Part shown: in pieces, positions 9,220-27,219 of the stretch
How the letters are laid out: every line of letters starts with the position of its first letter
How positions within the stretch are numbered: position 1 is the stretch's first letter
Origin: Thermoleophilia bacterium
GTDB taxonomy: Bacteria > Actinomycetota > Thermoleophilia > RBG-16-64-13
Reading direction: 5' to 3'
Assembly (NCBI GenBank): GCA_040770645.1
Contig: JAXGIS010000003.1
Coordinates: forward strand, 1,278 to 65,277
Length of the DNA: 64,000 bases
Program-made: the position numbers and the translations under genes
The notes under the pieces: model-generated
What the model saw: only the letters and a program-made list of their open reading frames with translations
What the model was told of the DNA's origin: nothing
Databases searched by the model: none

Positions 9220-9456
9220 ATGAGCCGCGCCCGCTCTCTGAGCCGCCAAGGCTCAGCAGACGCAGGCCTCCAAGGGGAATCGTTTCCGCCGTTATCTGCG
9301 TGAAGTCAAGGTGGAGATGAGCAAGGTCACCTGGCCCAACCGCGCAGAAGTGGTCAGGCGACTTCTGTGGTCATTGTGGCGGTGCTGATCGCCGCTGCCT
9401 ACATCCGGGGTTCTGGATGCCGTGGTCAGCTCGTGAAACTGGTCAGGCTCGGCTAG
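9220..9456 (+). CDS. secE: preprotein translocase subunit SecE, multiple frameshifts as assembled, ends uncertain
   Basis: One frame carries the conserved core [28 protein letters not shown]. The TM segment [14 protein letters not shown] lies in the next frame and GVLDAVVSS* in a third. Candidate starts are ATG 9159 (MAKETATKV) or ATG 9220 (MSRARSLS). Confidence 0.65.
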
Positions 9457-9489
9457 CACCGGCCGTTCTGAAAGCGAGTCGGTAACGCA

Positions 9490-10012
9490 GTGGAGCCCAA
9501 GTATGTCATAAACACTTATTCGGGGCATGAGAACAAGGCGACGCGCCAATCTCGAGCGGCGCGCATACAGTCCCTGAACCAGACCGAGAGCTTCTTCGAC
9601 ATCGTGGTCCCCACCGAACAGGTCATCGAGACCAAAGGCGGGGAGAAGGTGCAGGTGGAGAAGCGCATCTTCCCCGGTTACATACTCGTGCACATGATAC
9701 TGAGTGACGAGTCGTGGTCACTGGTCAAGAACACCCCCGGCGTCACGGGTTTTGTCGGCTCGGAGAACAAGCCGACCCCGTTGAGCCCGGCGGAAGTTGA
9801 TCGCATACTGCACACCTCTACTGCCGAGAAGCCCAAGGCCAAGGCGGAGTTCTCAGTGGGAGACCAAGTGAAGGTGGTCACGGGGCCCTGACCGACTTCA
9901 CCAGCGAGGTTGCGGAAGTGAATGTGGAACAAAGCAAGCTCAAGGTGATGGTGTCCATCTTCGGACGTGACACTCCTACCGAACTGGGCTTCGGCAGGTC
10001 AAGAAGATCTAG
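9490..10012 (+). CDS. nusG: transcription termination/antitermination factor NusG, frameshifted as assembled
   Basis: The GTG start gives KYVINTYSGHENK...FPGYILVHM...TPGVTGFVG. The KOW domain continues out of frame after 9889 (TDFTSEVAEVNVEQSKLKVMVSIFGRDTPTELGFG). The canonical end QVKKI* needs another 1-nt correction near 9995. Confidence 0.85.
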
Positions 10013-10029
10013 GTAACGGAGAGTCGGAA

Positions 10030-10459
10030 GTGGCCAAAGAAGGTACGGGCGATAGTCAAGCTTCAGATCAAGGGTGGGCAGGCTACCCCTGCGCCTCCCG
10101 TCGGCCCTGCCCTGGGCCAGCACGGCGTGAACATCATGGAGTTCTGCAAGTCCTACAACGCGCAGACTCAGGACAAGACCGGCACCGTGGTCCCTGTGGA
10201 GATCACGATCTTCGAGGATAGGTCCTTCACCTTCATTCTCAAGACCCCGCCGGCCGCCGTTCTCATCAAGCAGATCACCGGTGTTCCCAAGGGCGCGGCG
10301 AAGTCGCGCCGGGAGAAGGTGGGAGTCATCACCCGGGAGCAGCTTCGGACCATCGCCGAGCAGAAACTGCCGGATCTGAACTGCACCGATGTGGAAGCAG
10401 CCATGAACACGCTCATGGGCACGGCCCGCAGCATGGGCGTGACGGTGGACGAGGAGTAG
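10030..10459 (+). CDS. rplK: 50S ribosomal protein L11, one frameshift near the start as assembled
   Basis: GTG GCC at 10030 is followed by 7 nt (AAAGAAG) where 6 would give MAKKV. The shifted frame then reads [38 protein letters not shown] and joins track ORF 10127-10459. Confidence 0.85.
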
Positions 10460-10517
10460 TAGTAGCCGTACAGGTGGGAGGGCCTTCGCGTCCGTTGGTA
10501 CCACCAGGAGGAAGCTG

Positions 10518-11234
10518 ATGAGCAAGGATTCCAGACAGTACAAAGAGGCGAAGAGGGCTGTGGAGCCCGGTCGGCTCTATAGCGCGCTCGAAGCGGTGCG
10601 CCTCATCAAAAGCATGCAGACTGCCAAGTTCGATGAGACCGTCGAGGTCCACATCAAGCTCGGTGTCAACCCGCGTCACGCGGACCAGCAGGTTCGTGGC
10701 ACGCTCATGCTTCCCTTCGGCACCGGCAAATCGGTTCGGGTGGCCGTCTTCGCCAAGGGCGAGAAAGCCAGTGAGGCAGAGGAGGCGGGAGCCGAGATCG
10801 TGGGCGCAGAAGACTTGGCCCAGAAGGTTCAAGACGGTTTCCTCGATTTCGATGCCGCCATCGCGACGCCTGACATGATGGGGGTGGTGGGCAAGCTGGG
10901 TCGCATCCTCGGTCCGCGGGGGCTTATGCCCAACCCCAAAGCGGGGACGGTGACCTTCGAAGTGGGCAAGGCAGTCAAGGATATGAAGGCCGGCAAGGTG
11001 GAGTACCGTACCGACAAGTTCGGCGTGGTTCACCTCATCATTGGCAAGAAGTCCTTCGACGAGGAGGCGTTGTCCGGAAACTACCGTGAAGTGATGGACG
11101 AGATTGTGCGTGCCAAGCCTGCGGCGGCCAAGGGCAAGTACCTGCGCAGTGTGACTATGGCCAGCACCATGGGCCCCGGAATCCCCCTTGACACAAGTAG
11201 GGCCCGTGCGCTGGAAGAGGAAGGAGCTCGTTAG
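10518..11234 (+). CDS. rplA: 50S ribosomal protein L1
   Basis: Intact 238 aa with RBS AGGAGG upstream, an L1 family sequence ([24 protein letters not shown]) and the expected operon position. Confidence 0.95.
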   Translation: MSKDSRQYKEAKRAVEPGRLYSALEAVRLIKSMQTAKFDETVEVHIKLGVNPRHADQQVRGTLMLPFGTGKSVRVAVFAKGEKASEAEEAGAEIVGAEDLAQKVQDGFLDFDAAIATPDMMGVVGKLGRILGPRGLMPNPKAGTVTFEVGKAVKDMKAGKVEYRTDKFGVVHLIIGKKSFDEEALSGNYREVMDEIVRAKPAAAKGKYLRSVTMASTMGPGIPLDTSRARALEEEGAR

Positions 11235-11440
11235 AGGTTGGAGTCTCCCGGCAGCGGGGTATACTGCTGCTTCCCAGCCTGAGACAGTCGGTTCCCTCAG
11301 GGGCATAAGTAGGCGTGATCATGCGCCGGCCGGCCGAGGCGGGATGCGAGAGAAGAACTGCGGCCCATGTGGGGCCATCCTTTTGCGTCCACCTCTGTTC
11401 TCAGGGGTGGACGATATTTTTTGGAAAGGAGGGATGAGAC
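11235..11440 (+). promoter_or_regulatory. rplJ (L10) leader region with candidate promoter and attenuator
   Basis: A 206-nt untranslated spacer before rplJ. It has a candidate promoter TTGGAG (11238-43), 16 nt, TATACT (11260-65), and hairpins GGCCC/GGGCC (about 11362-11376). A terminator-like hairpin sits immediately before the RBS. Confidence 0.5.
11387..11422 (+). terminator. attenuator/intrinsic terminator inside the L10 leader
   Basis: GTCCACC (11387-93) pairs with GGTGGAC (11406-12) and is followed by GATATTTTTT. It ends 4 nt before the AAGGAGGG RBS of rplJ. Confidence 0.55.
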
Positions 11441-11965
11441 GTGGCAAAAGCCGGCAAAGTCAAGAGGGTTGAGGGAATGCTCACCGGCATGTCCGGTTCT
11501 CCCGTCATGTACCTCTTGGACTTCCAAGGTCTGACGGTGGCTGAGATCACGGACCTGCGGCGCCGCCTTCGTGCTATCGACGCGTCTTTGCAGGTGGTTA
11601 AGAATACGCTGGCGAAACGTGCGGCGGCGGATGCGGGTCTGGAAGGTATAACCGAGCTTCTGGTGGGTCCGTCTGCCTTGGTTTACTGCCACGGCGACGC
11701 TGTCGCGACCGCCAAGGTCGTGCAGGCCTTCATCCGCGAGAAGCGGAAAGCGGCCGTGAAGGGCGGCTTTCTGCAGAGCAAGGCCATTACGGTTGGCCAG
11801 GTGGAGCAGATGGCCACTCTGCCGCCTCGCGAGGAGTTGCTCGCCCGTGTGGTGGGTGGTATCGCCGCGCCGCTGTACGGGCTGGCGATTGTGCTGAACG
11901 GGCCTATCCGCGGGCTCGCAGTGGCGTTGGGTCGAATTCAGGAACAAAAGGCGCAGGCCGCTTGA
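11441..11965 (+). CDS. rplJ: 50S ribosomal protein L10
   Basis: Intact 174 aa with a GTG start after the RBS. L10 pattern LDFQGLTVAEITDLRRRLR...VVKNTLAKRA. Confidence 0.93.
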   Translation: MAKAGKVKRVEGMLTGMSGSPVMYLLDFQGLTVAEITDLRRRLRAIDASLQVVKNTLAKRAAADAGLEGITELLVGPSALVYCHGDAVATAKVVQAFIREKRKAAVKGGFLQSKAITVGQVEQMATLPPREELLARVVGGIAAPLYGLAIVLNGPIRGLAVALGRIQEQKAQAA

Positions 11966-12040
11966 GGGCGAGTGTGCGGGAGTGTTGTACGCAGTCTGGA
12001 GTGAGAGGGCTTAGCCCGCAGTATATGGAGGCATGAAGGA

Positions 12041-12421
12041 ATGACCCCGCAGGAACTGATCGAAGAGATCAAGAAGATGTCGGTGCTCGAGCTGGCGGAT
12101 TTGGTTAAGGCGCTCGAAGAGGAATTTGGCGTGTCGGCCGCTGCGCCTGTGGCTGTGGCGGCCGCTCCGGCGGCCGGAACGGGGGCCGCAGCTGTAGAGG
12201 AGGAGGAGAAGAGCGAGTTTGACGTTATCCTCACCTCGGTGGGTGACAAGAAGATCAACGTCATCAAAGTCGTGCGTGCTGCCACCGGCCTGGGCCTGAA
12301 GGAAGCCAAGGACCTGGTTGATGGTGCACCCAATCCGGTCAAGCAGGGTATCAGCAAGCAGGAAGCCGAAGAATTGAAGAAGGATCTCGAGGAAGCCGGC
12401 GCAGGCGTCGAGGTCAAGTAG
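12041..12421 (+). CDS. rplL: 50S ribosomal protein L7/L12
   Basis: Intact 126 aa with an Ala-rich hinge and the conserved C-terminal domain [27 protein letters not shown]. Confidence 0.95.
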   Translation: MTPQELIEEIKKMSVLELADLVKALEEEFGVSAAAPVAVAAAPAAGTGAAAVEEEEKSEFDVILTSVGDKKINVIKVVRAATGLGLKEAKDLVDGAPNPVKQGISKQEAEELKKDLEEAGAGVEVK

Positions 12422-12437
12422 CGGCAGACGTGATATG

Positions 12438-12474
12438 GTTCCCGGCGGCCGCCCGGAAGGCGGCCGCCGGGAAC
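12438..12474 (+). terminator. rplL-rpoB intergenic hairpin 1 (attenuator/terminator-like)
   Basis: A perfect 16-bp stem, GTTCCCGGCGGCCGCC (12438-53) with GGCGGCCGCCGGGAAC (12459-74), and loop CGGAA. No T-tract follows. Confidence 0.5.
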
Positions 12475-12486
12475 AGACGAGCTGTT

Positions 12487-12516
12487 AGGTCCGACGCGCG
12501 GGTGCGCGTCGGACCT
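12487..12516 (+). terminator. rplL-rpoB intergenic hairpin 2
   Basis: A perfect 13-bp stem, AGGTCCGACGCGC (12487-99) with GCGCGTCGGACCT (12504-16), and loop GGGT. Confidence 0.45.
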
Positions 12517-12601
12517 GGCCTGCTTGTCATTCCTGTGATAGACTTCAAGTTTGCGCATGAGCCAGTGCAAAAACCCCAACGCATGTGAGGAGTGACCCCG
12601 C

Positions 12602-20862
<8,261 letters not shown>

Positions 20863-20881
20863 CCACGCTCTTCAGCATTTC

Positions 20882-20910
20882 TTGTCGCTGCGTTGGGGCT
20901 TTGCTATACT
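20882..20910 (+). promoter_or_regulatory. candidate sigma70-type promoter of the str operon (rpsL-rpsG-fusA-tuf)
   Basis: TTGTCG (20882-87), a 17-nt spacer and TATACT (20905-10). A 7-bp hairpin CCGCGGC/GCCGCGG (20917-34) follows in the 5' UTR. Confidence 0.5.
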
Positions 20911-20965
20911 TCGCCGCCGCGGCTCGTGCCGCGGGTGACTTGCCATTGTGACACAGGGAGTTTGT

Positions 20966-21337
20966 GTGCCGACCATAAACCAGCTAATACGCAAAGCGCG
21001 GGTCTCGCAGGCCAAGAAGACCAAGACCCCTGCGCTCAAAGGTGCACCGCAGAAGCGTGGCGTTTGCACGCGTGTGTATACCACCACGCCCAAGAAGCCC
21101 AACTCGGCTCTGCGCAAGGTCGCGCGCGTCCGTCTCGTGAACGGCATGGAAGTGACCGCTTACATACCCGGCATCGGCCACAATCTGCAGGAGCACTCGG
21201 TGGTGCTTATCCGCGGAGGCCGTGTGAAGGATCTACCGGGTGTACGTTACAAGATCATCCGAGCCGCTCTCGATGCAGCTGGAGTGGCCAACCGCAAGCA
21301 AGGCCGTTCCAAGTATGGCGTGAAGGCCAAGGACTAG
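20966..21337 (+). CDS. rpsL: 30S ribosomal protein S12
   Basis: GTG at 20966 gives the canonical N-terminus (M)PTINQLIRK. The conserved [16 protein letters not shown] is present. The track ORF starts 18 nt upstream. Confidence 0.93.
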   Translation: MPTINQLIRKARVSQAKKTKTPALKGAPQKRGVCTRVYTTTPKKPNSALRKVARVRLVNGMEVTAYIPGIGHNLQEHSVVLIRGGRVKDLPGVRYKIIRAALDAAGVANRKQGRSKYGVKAKD

Positions 21338-21355
21338 GCCGGAGAATTAAGGATC

Positions 21356-21823
21356 ATGAGGCGAACCAAAGCACAGAAACGTGAAATCCAGCCGGATCCG
21401 GTTTTCAAGAACCGGTTGGTTACCCAGGTCATCAACCGCATGATGCTCGATGGCAAAAAGTCCACCGCCGAACGCATCATGTATGACGCTCTGGCCATCA
21501 TCCGCGAACGTACCGGCAATGACCCGGTGGTGGTCCTCAAAGAAGCGGTGGAGAACGTCAGGCCGCAGTTGGAGGTGCGCTCGCGGCGCGTCGGTGGCGC
21601 CAACTACCAGGTGCCGGTGGAAGTCCCCACACGCCGTTCGTACACGCTGGCTATCCGTTGGCTCGTCACTCACAGCCGGTTGCGGCGTGAGAAGCGGATG
21701 TCCGAGCGTTTGGCAGGCGAATTGCTCGATGGCTACGGGCACACCGGTATCACGATGAAGAAGAAAGAAGACCTGCTGCGTATGGCAGAGGCCAACAAGG
21801 CCTTCGCTCACTATCGCTGGTAG
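21356..21823 (+). CDS. rpsG: 30S ribosomal protein S7
   Basis: Intact 155 aa, with S7 sequence and operon position. Confidence 0.95.
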   Translation: MRRTKAQKREIQPDPVFKNRLVTQVINRMMLDGKKSTAERIMYDALAIIRERTGNDPVVVLKEAVENVRPQLEVRSRRVGGANYQVPVEVPTRRSYTLAIRWLVTHSRLRREKRMSERLAGELLDGYGHTGITMKKKEDLLRMAEANKAFAHYRW

Positions 21824-21909
21824 GCTGGAGAGTAGTCAGAGCGTAAGCAAGGACATGATCGAGTCCGGGCGGGTTCGCCCCGTGGGCGCCCGCTCGGATT
21901 CGTGTATGC

Positions 21910-24039
21910 GTGAGGAGCCAGGTGGCACAAGTAGCGGCAAAGAAAGCAGGTGGCGGGCAGAAGCGGCGGCTTCCGCTGTCGCATGTGCGCAACATCGGCA
22001 TTATGGCGCACATCGATGCGGGCAAGACCACCGTCACCGAGCGAATCCTCTATTACACCGGCCGCACTTATAAGATGGGTGAAGTGCATGACGGCGCGGC
22101 TGTGATGGACTGGATGCAGCAGGAGCAGGAGCGGGGCATCACCATCACGGCGGCCGCTACTTCGTGTGTATGGCGCGGGCACCAGGTCAACGTCATAGAT
22201 ACACCCGGACACGTGGACTTTACTATGGAAGTGGAGCGTTCGCTCCGCGTGCTGGATGGAGCCATCGCGCTGTTCTCCTCTGTGGGAGGAGTGGAGCCCC
22301 AGTCCGAAACCGTATGGCGTCAGGCCGACAAGTACCACGTGCCGCGTATCGCCTTTGTGAACAAGATGGACCGAGTGGGTGCCGACTTCCTCCGGTGTGT
22401 GGATATGATGGTCGAGCGCCTGCATGCCCGTCCGCTCGTGCTGCAACTCCCCATAGGCGCTGAGGACGCGTTCGTGGGCGTGATAGATCTGGTGCGCATG
22501 TGCGCGTATATCTACAAAGACGACGCCGGCACGGAGTGGGAGACCACCCCTATCCCGGATGGATATGTCGAAGACGCGCTCACATACCATCAACGCCTGA
22601 TTGAGGATCTGGCCGATCGCAACGAGGAGATCCTCACTGCGTATCTCAATGGCGAAGATGTTCCAAGTGGAGATCTCCAGGCGGCCATTCGGGAGCAGAC
22701 GCTCAGCCTCCATCTGGTCCCCGTCCTCTGCGGCAGCGCCTTCAAGAACAAGGGTGTGCAGATGCTGCTGGATGCCGTCATAGACTATCTACCTTCCCCT
22801 GCCGATATCCCACCCGTTGTGGGCGTTGATCCGCGTACCGGCCGGGACGTGACGCGCCCGGCGGAAGATGACGCGCCTTTTGCCGCCATCGCCTTCAAGA
22901 TCATGACTGATCCGCATGTAGGGAGACTGACTTTCTTCCGGGTGTACTCAGGCTTCCTGAAAGCCGGTTCGTATGTCTATAACCCCTCCAAGGACAAAAA
23001 AGAGCGGGTGGGCCGCATATTGGAAATGCATGCCAATCACCGCGAAGACCGTGAGGCCATGTTCGCTGGAGATATTGGAGCGGCTGTGGGTCTCAAAGCC
23101 ACGGCCACGGGTGACACGCTCACCGCAGCCGATCACCCCATCCTGTTGGAAGCCATCGACTTCCCGGAACCGGTGATTTGGGTGGCCATCGAGCCCAAGA
23201 CCAAGGCCGACCAGGATCGCCTGAGCGAGAGCCTGATGAAGTTGGCGGAGGAGGATCCCACGTTCCGCGTGCGCACGGACGAGGAGACGGGTCAGACCAT
23301 CATTGCCGGTATGGGTGAGCTTCATCTTGAGATCATCGTGGACAGACTGCTGCGTGAGTTCAGGGTGGATGCCAATGTGGGCAGGCCTCAGGTTGCATAC
23401 CGCGAGACCATCACCCAAACTGTGGAGGGTGTCGAGGGGCGTTTCGTTCGTCAGACCGGCGGGCGCGGTCAGTTTGGGCACGTGATCATCAATATTGCAC
23501 CCAATGAACCCGGTAAGGGTTTTGAGTTCGAAAGCAAGATCGTTGGGGGTACCGTCCCCCGCGAGTACATACCGGCTGTGGAAACCGGAGTGGCTGAGGC
23601 GCTGGAAACCGGCGTTCTGGCCGGATACCCTCTTGTGGACGTCAAAGTCGCATTAGTGGATGGGTCGTATCACGAAGTGGACTCTTCCGAGTTGGCGTTC
23701 CGTGTGGCGGGATCCATGGCGGTGCAGGAAGCGGTGCGCAAGGCCAAACCCGTGCTTCTGGAGCCACTCGAGAGCGTGGAGGTGATGGTACCTGACGATT
23801 ACATGGGCGACGTCATGGGAGATCTTGTATCGCGCCGCGGACACATCACCGGCATGGAACCGCGCGCGGGCGCGCAGGTGATCGCGGCGCTGGTGCCTTT
23901 GGCACAGATGTTCGGGTATGCTACCGATCTTCGCTCTCTCACGCAGGGAAGGGCCACCTATACTATGCAGTTCAGTCATTACACGGAAGTTCCGGCAACT
24001 ATCGCCGAGGAGATCATCTCCCGCCAGCGAGGGATGTAA
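21910..24039 (+). CDS. fusA: elongation factor G
   Basis: G-domain motifs [17 protein letters not shown] and NKMD. The ORF is 709 aa as tracked. GTG at 21922, just after GAGGAG, is an alternative start. Confidence 0.93.
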   Translation: MRSQVAQVAAKKAGGGQKRRLPLSHVRNIGIMAHIDAGKTTVTERILYYTGRTYKMGEVHDGAAVMDWMQQEQERGITITAAATSCVWRGHQVNVIDTPGHVDFTMEVERSLRVLDGAIALFSSVGGVEPQSETVWRQADKYHVPRIAFVNKMDRVGADFLRCVDMMVERLHARPLVLQLPIGAEDAFVGVIDLVRMCAYIYKDDAGTEWETTPIPDGYVEDALTYHQRLIEDLADRNEEILTAYLNGEDVPSGDLQAAIREQTLSLHLVPVLCGSAFKNKGVQMLLDAVIDYLPSPADIPPVVGVDPRTGRDVTRPAEDDAPFAAIAFKIMTDPHVGRLTFFRVYSGFLKAGSYVYNPSKDKKERVGRILEMHANHREDREAMFAGDIGAAVGLKATATGDTLTAADHPILLEAIDFPEPVIWVAIEPKTKADQDRLSESLMKLAEEDPTFRVRTDEETGQTIIAGMGELHLEIIVDRLLREFRVDANVGRPQVAYRETITQTVEGVEGRFVRQTGGRGQFGHVIINIAPNEPGKGFEFESKIVGGTVPREYIPAVETGVAEALETGVLAGYPLVDVKVALVDGSYHEVDSSELAFRVAGSMAVQEAVRKAKPVLLEPLESVEVMVPDDYMGDVMGDLVSRRGHITGMEPRAGAQVIAALVPLAQMFGYATDLRSLTQGRATYTMQFSHYTEVPATIAEEIISRQRGM

Positions 24040-24057
24040 GGAAGAAAGGGAGGAGAA

Positions 24058-25260
24058 ATGGCCAAGAAGAAGTTCGAGCGGACCAAGCCCCACGTGAATG
24101 TGGGTACCATTGGCCACGTCGACCACGGCAAGACGACCCTCACTGCCGCTATCACGCTCTGCCTCGCCAAGCAGAACCCCGACGTGTCGGTTCGCTCGTT
24201 CGACTCCATTGACAACGCTCCGGAGGAACGCGAACGGGGTATCACCATCGCCACTTCCCACGTGGAGTACGAGACGCCCAATCGCCACTACGCGCATGTG
24301 GACTGCCCGGGTCACGCTGACTACATCAAGAACATGATCACCGGTGCGGCACAGATGGACGGCGCCATTGTGGTGGTTTCGGCGGCCGACGGCCCTATGC
24401 CGCAAACCCGTGAGCACATCCTGCTGGCCCGCCAGGTGGGTGTGCCGTATCTGGTCGTCTTCATGAACAAAGTAGACATGGTGGACGATCCCGAACTCCT
24501 CGATTTGGTTGAGATGGAGATGCGGGAACTCCTCAGCGAGTACGAGTTCCCCGGTGACGACATCCCGATTATTCGCGGCTCCGCCCTCAAGGCTCTTGAA
24601 GACGGCTGTGGCGAGCGCGACTGTCAATGGTGCGGGCCCATCTGGCAGCTCATGGACGCCCTCGATGCGTACATACCCGAGCCTCAGCGCGCCATCGACA
24701 AGCCGTTCCTGATGCCCATTGAGGACGTGTTCACCATTCAGGGTCGTGGTACGGTGGTGACGGGTCGTGTGGAACGCGGCATCGTCAGAGTGGGCGATGA
24801 GGTAGAAATCGTCGGTATCCGTGAGACCAAGAAGACGGTGGCCACGGGTGTGGAAATGTTCCGCAAGCTACTCGACGAAGGCCGTGCCGGCGACAACATC
24901 GGTGTCCTCCTGCGCGGCACCAAGCGCGAGGAAGTCCTCCGCGGCCAGGTTCTGGTCAAGCCGGGCAGCATCACGCCCCACACCGAGTTCGAGTGCGAAG
25001 TGTACGTTCTGTCCCGGGAGGAAGGCGGGCGTCACACCCCGTTCTTCAACGGGTACCGGCCGCAGTTCTACTTCCGTACTACGGACGTTACCGGTGACAC
25101 CCGCCTCGAGGAAGGCGTGGAGATGGTCATGCCGGGCGACCGTACCAATCTGAGGGTCAAGCTCATTACTCCCATCGCCATGGAAGAAGGGCTGCGGTTC
25201 GCCATCCGCGAAGGCGGCCGCACCGTGGGTGCCGGCGTGGTCTCGAAGATCACCAAGTAA
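24058..25260 (+). CDS. tuf: elongation factor Tu
   Basis: Intact 400 aa with [17 protein letters not shown] and NKVD. It carries a Cys-containing insertion [11 protein letters not shown]. Confidence 0.97.
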   Translation: MAKKKFERTKPHVNVGTIGHVDHGKTTLTAAITLCLAKQNPDVSVRSFDSIDNAPEERERGITIATSHVEYETPNRHYAHVDCPGHADYIKNMITGAAQMDGAIVVVSAADGPMPQTREHILLARQVGVPYLVVFMNKVDMVDDPELLDLVEMEMRELLSEYEFPGDDIPIIRGSALKALEDGCGERDCQWCGPIWQLMDALDAYIPEPQRAIDKPFLMPIEDVFTIQGRGTVVTGRVERGIVRVGDEVEIVGIRETKKTVATGVEMFRKLLDEGRAGDNIGVLLRGTKREEVLRGQVLVKPGSITPHTEFECEVYVLSREEGGRHTPFFNGYRPQFYFRTTDVTGDTRLEEGVEMVMPGDRTNLRVKLITPIAMEEGLRFAIREGGRTVGAGVVSKITK

Positions 25261-25361
25261 GCAAGGTTGGGACGAGAGAGTAACCGGAAGGCAATGATGT
25301 GATAGGAGGGCCGGGGGCCCTGGAGCGGCGCCCGCCCCCGCAAACGTGATGCGAGGAAACG

Positions 25362-25667
25362 TTGGCGCAGCATAAGATACGCATACGACTCAAAGCATAC
25401 GATCACGAGCTGGTCGATAAGAGCGCGCAGTATCGTGGAGACGGCGGAACGCACCGGAGCCAAGGTATCCGGGCCCGTTCCTCTTCCCACCGAGAAGAAT
25501 CTCTACTGTGTGATTCGCAGCCCGTTCAAGGACAAGGACTCGCGGGAGCATTTCGAGATCAGGACTCACAAACGTCTGATCGACATCCATCAGCCGACTC
25601 CCAAGACGGTCGATTCTGCTCATGCGCATGGATCTGCCCGCGGGCGTGGACATTGAGATCAATTGTG
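25362..25667 (+). CDS. rpsJ: 30S ribosomal protein S10, about 3 frameshifts as assembled
   Basis: The TTG start gives [24 protein letters not shown] second frame reads [61 protein letters not shown] and a third reads [15 protein letters not shown]. The stop is only approximately placed. Confidence 0.85.
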
Positions 25668-26281
25668 ATGAAGACTCTGCTCGGAACAAAAGTCGGCATG
25701 ACGCAGATCTTCGCCGCTGACGGCACAGTGGTGCCCGTAACGGTGATACAGGCCGGCCCCTGCGTTGTGACACAGAAGAAGACGGTCGGCACCGATGGAT
25801 ACGATGCTACCCAGATCGCCTTTGGCGATGCAGAAGCCCAAGAAGCTGAACAAGCCACTGCTGGGGCACCTGAAGAAGGCAGGGGTTTCGCCCAAGGCTC
25901 ATCTCATGAGGTGCCCGGCCCCAGCGACTTGGCTGTCGGCGATGGGTGGATGTCTCGGTGTTCGTGGAAGGTGACTTGGTCAAGGTCACCGGGGTCAGCA
26001 AGGGCAAAGGGTTCCAGGGTGTGGTCAAGCGACACGGCTTCGCGGGTGGACCGAGGAGCCATGGCACTCACTTCCCGTAGGGCCCCCGGTTCAGTGGGCG
26101 CCTCGGCGGATCCTTCCCGGGTGTTCCCGGGTACCCGCCTTCCCGGGCAGATGGGTAACCGACGTACCACGCAACGAGGCCTGGAAGGTGGTCGCCACCG
26201 ACGGAGAACGCCACCTGATACTCGTCAAAGGGTCCATCCCCGGGAGCAAGGGCTCCCTGGTCGTAATCAGAGGTCAGCAGC
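25668..26281 (+). CDS. rplC: 50S ribosomal protein L3, about 5 frameshifts as assembled
   Basis: ATG 25668 gives [32 protein letters not shown]. Later L3 blocks alternate between frames: [95 protein letters not shown] and [29 protein letters not shown]. The 3' end is uncertain. Confidence 0.85.
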
Positions 26282-26903
26282 ATGCCTACCATTGCCAAAA
26301 TCGACGAGACCGGGGCCGTGGTCGGTGAGCGTCAGTTGAGAGACGACCTCGTGGAGTTGGAGGTGAATATTCCCCTCCTGCACGAGGTGGTACGGGCGGA
26401 GTTGGCCGCTTACCGGCAGGGTACCAGGGCGGCCAAGAGCCGAGGCGAGGTGTCCGGGTCGGGGAACAAACCCCTGGCGCCAGAAGGGAACCGGGCGCGC
26501 GCGCGGGCTCGAGCCGTCTGCCCCACTGGCGAGGCGGGGCCTGGCGTTCCCACCCAAACCGCGAGACTGGAGCCTCAAGGTAAACAAGAAGGCACGTGCC
26601 AAAGCGCTGCGCATGGCTCTCGGCAACTTAGTGGAGAACGATGCGCTTCGTGTGCTGGCCGATGTGGAGTTTCAAGAGCCATCGACGAAACGTGCCGCCA
26701 CGTTCGTGGAGAAGGCGCAACTCAGAGAGCCTTTGCTCGTGGTCACATCACCCGACGAAGTGGAGATGGTGCTTAGTTTCCGCAATATCCCGGGGATCAG
26801 GGTATTCCCTATCAACGTTCTGGAAGTGCTGGACTACGTCTGGGCGCGGAATGCCGTGTTCACAGAAGCGGCTCTATCCATGTTGGAAGGTGGTGCGGAG
26901 TAG
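26282..26903 (+). CDS. rplD: 50S ribosomal protein L4, about 3 frameshifts as assembled
   Basis: [15 protein letters not shown]...[12 protein letters not shown] is followed by [22 protein letters not shown] and [26 protein letters not shown], each in a different frame within 26468-26545. The C-terminal part equals track ORF 26613-26903. Confidence 0.85.
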
Positions 26904-27187
26904 TGGATGCTCGTCAGATCATTATCCGCCCCGTGATCTCTGAGAAGAGCTACGGGATGATCAACCAGAACAAGTACTGCTTCGAGGTACATCCCAAGGC
27001 CACCAAGCCTCACGTGTCCGCGGCTGTGGAGGAGATATTCAAAGTTCGTGTCATTGGTGTGAACACCATTAACATGAAGCCCAAGCCCAAGCGGCGAGGT
27101 GTGCACAAGGGCTTGACCAAGCGCTGGAAGAAAGCCGTGGTGGAGCTCGCGCCCGGCGACCGTATTGAGTTCTTCGGCGCTACGTGA
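26903..27187 (+). CDS. rplW: 50S ribosomal protein L23
   Basis: Intact 94 aa. The GTG start overlaps the rplD stop by 1 nt. Confidence 0.92.
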   Translation: MDARQIIIRPVISEKSYGMINQNKYCFEVHPKATKPHVSAAVEEIFKVRVIGVNTINMKPKPKRRGVHKGLTKRWKKAVVELAPGDRIEFFGAT

Positions 27188-27219
27188 TGACAGGCGAGAC
27201 TGAGGAAGAGAAGTAGATC

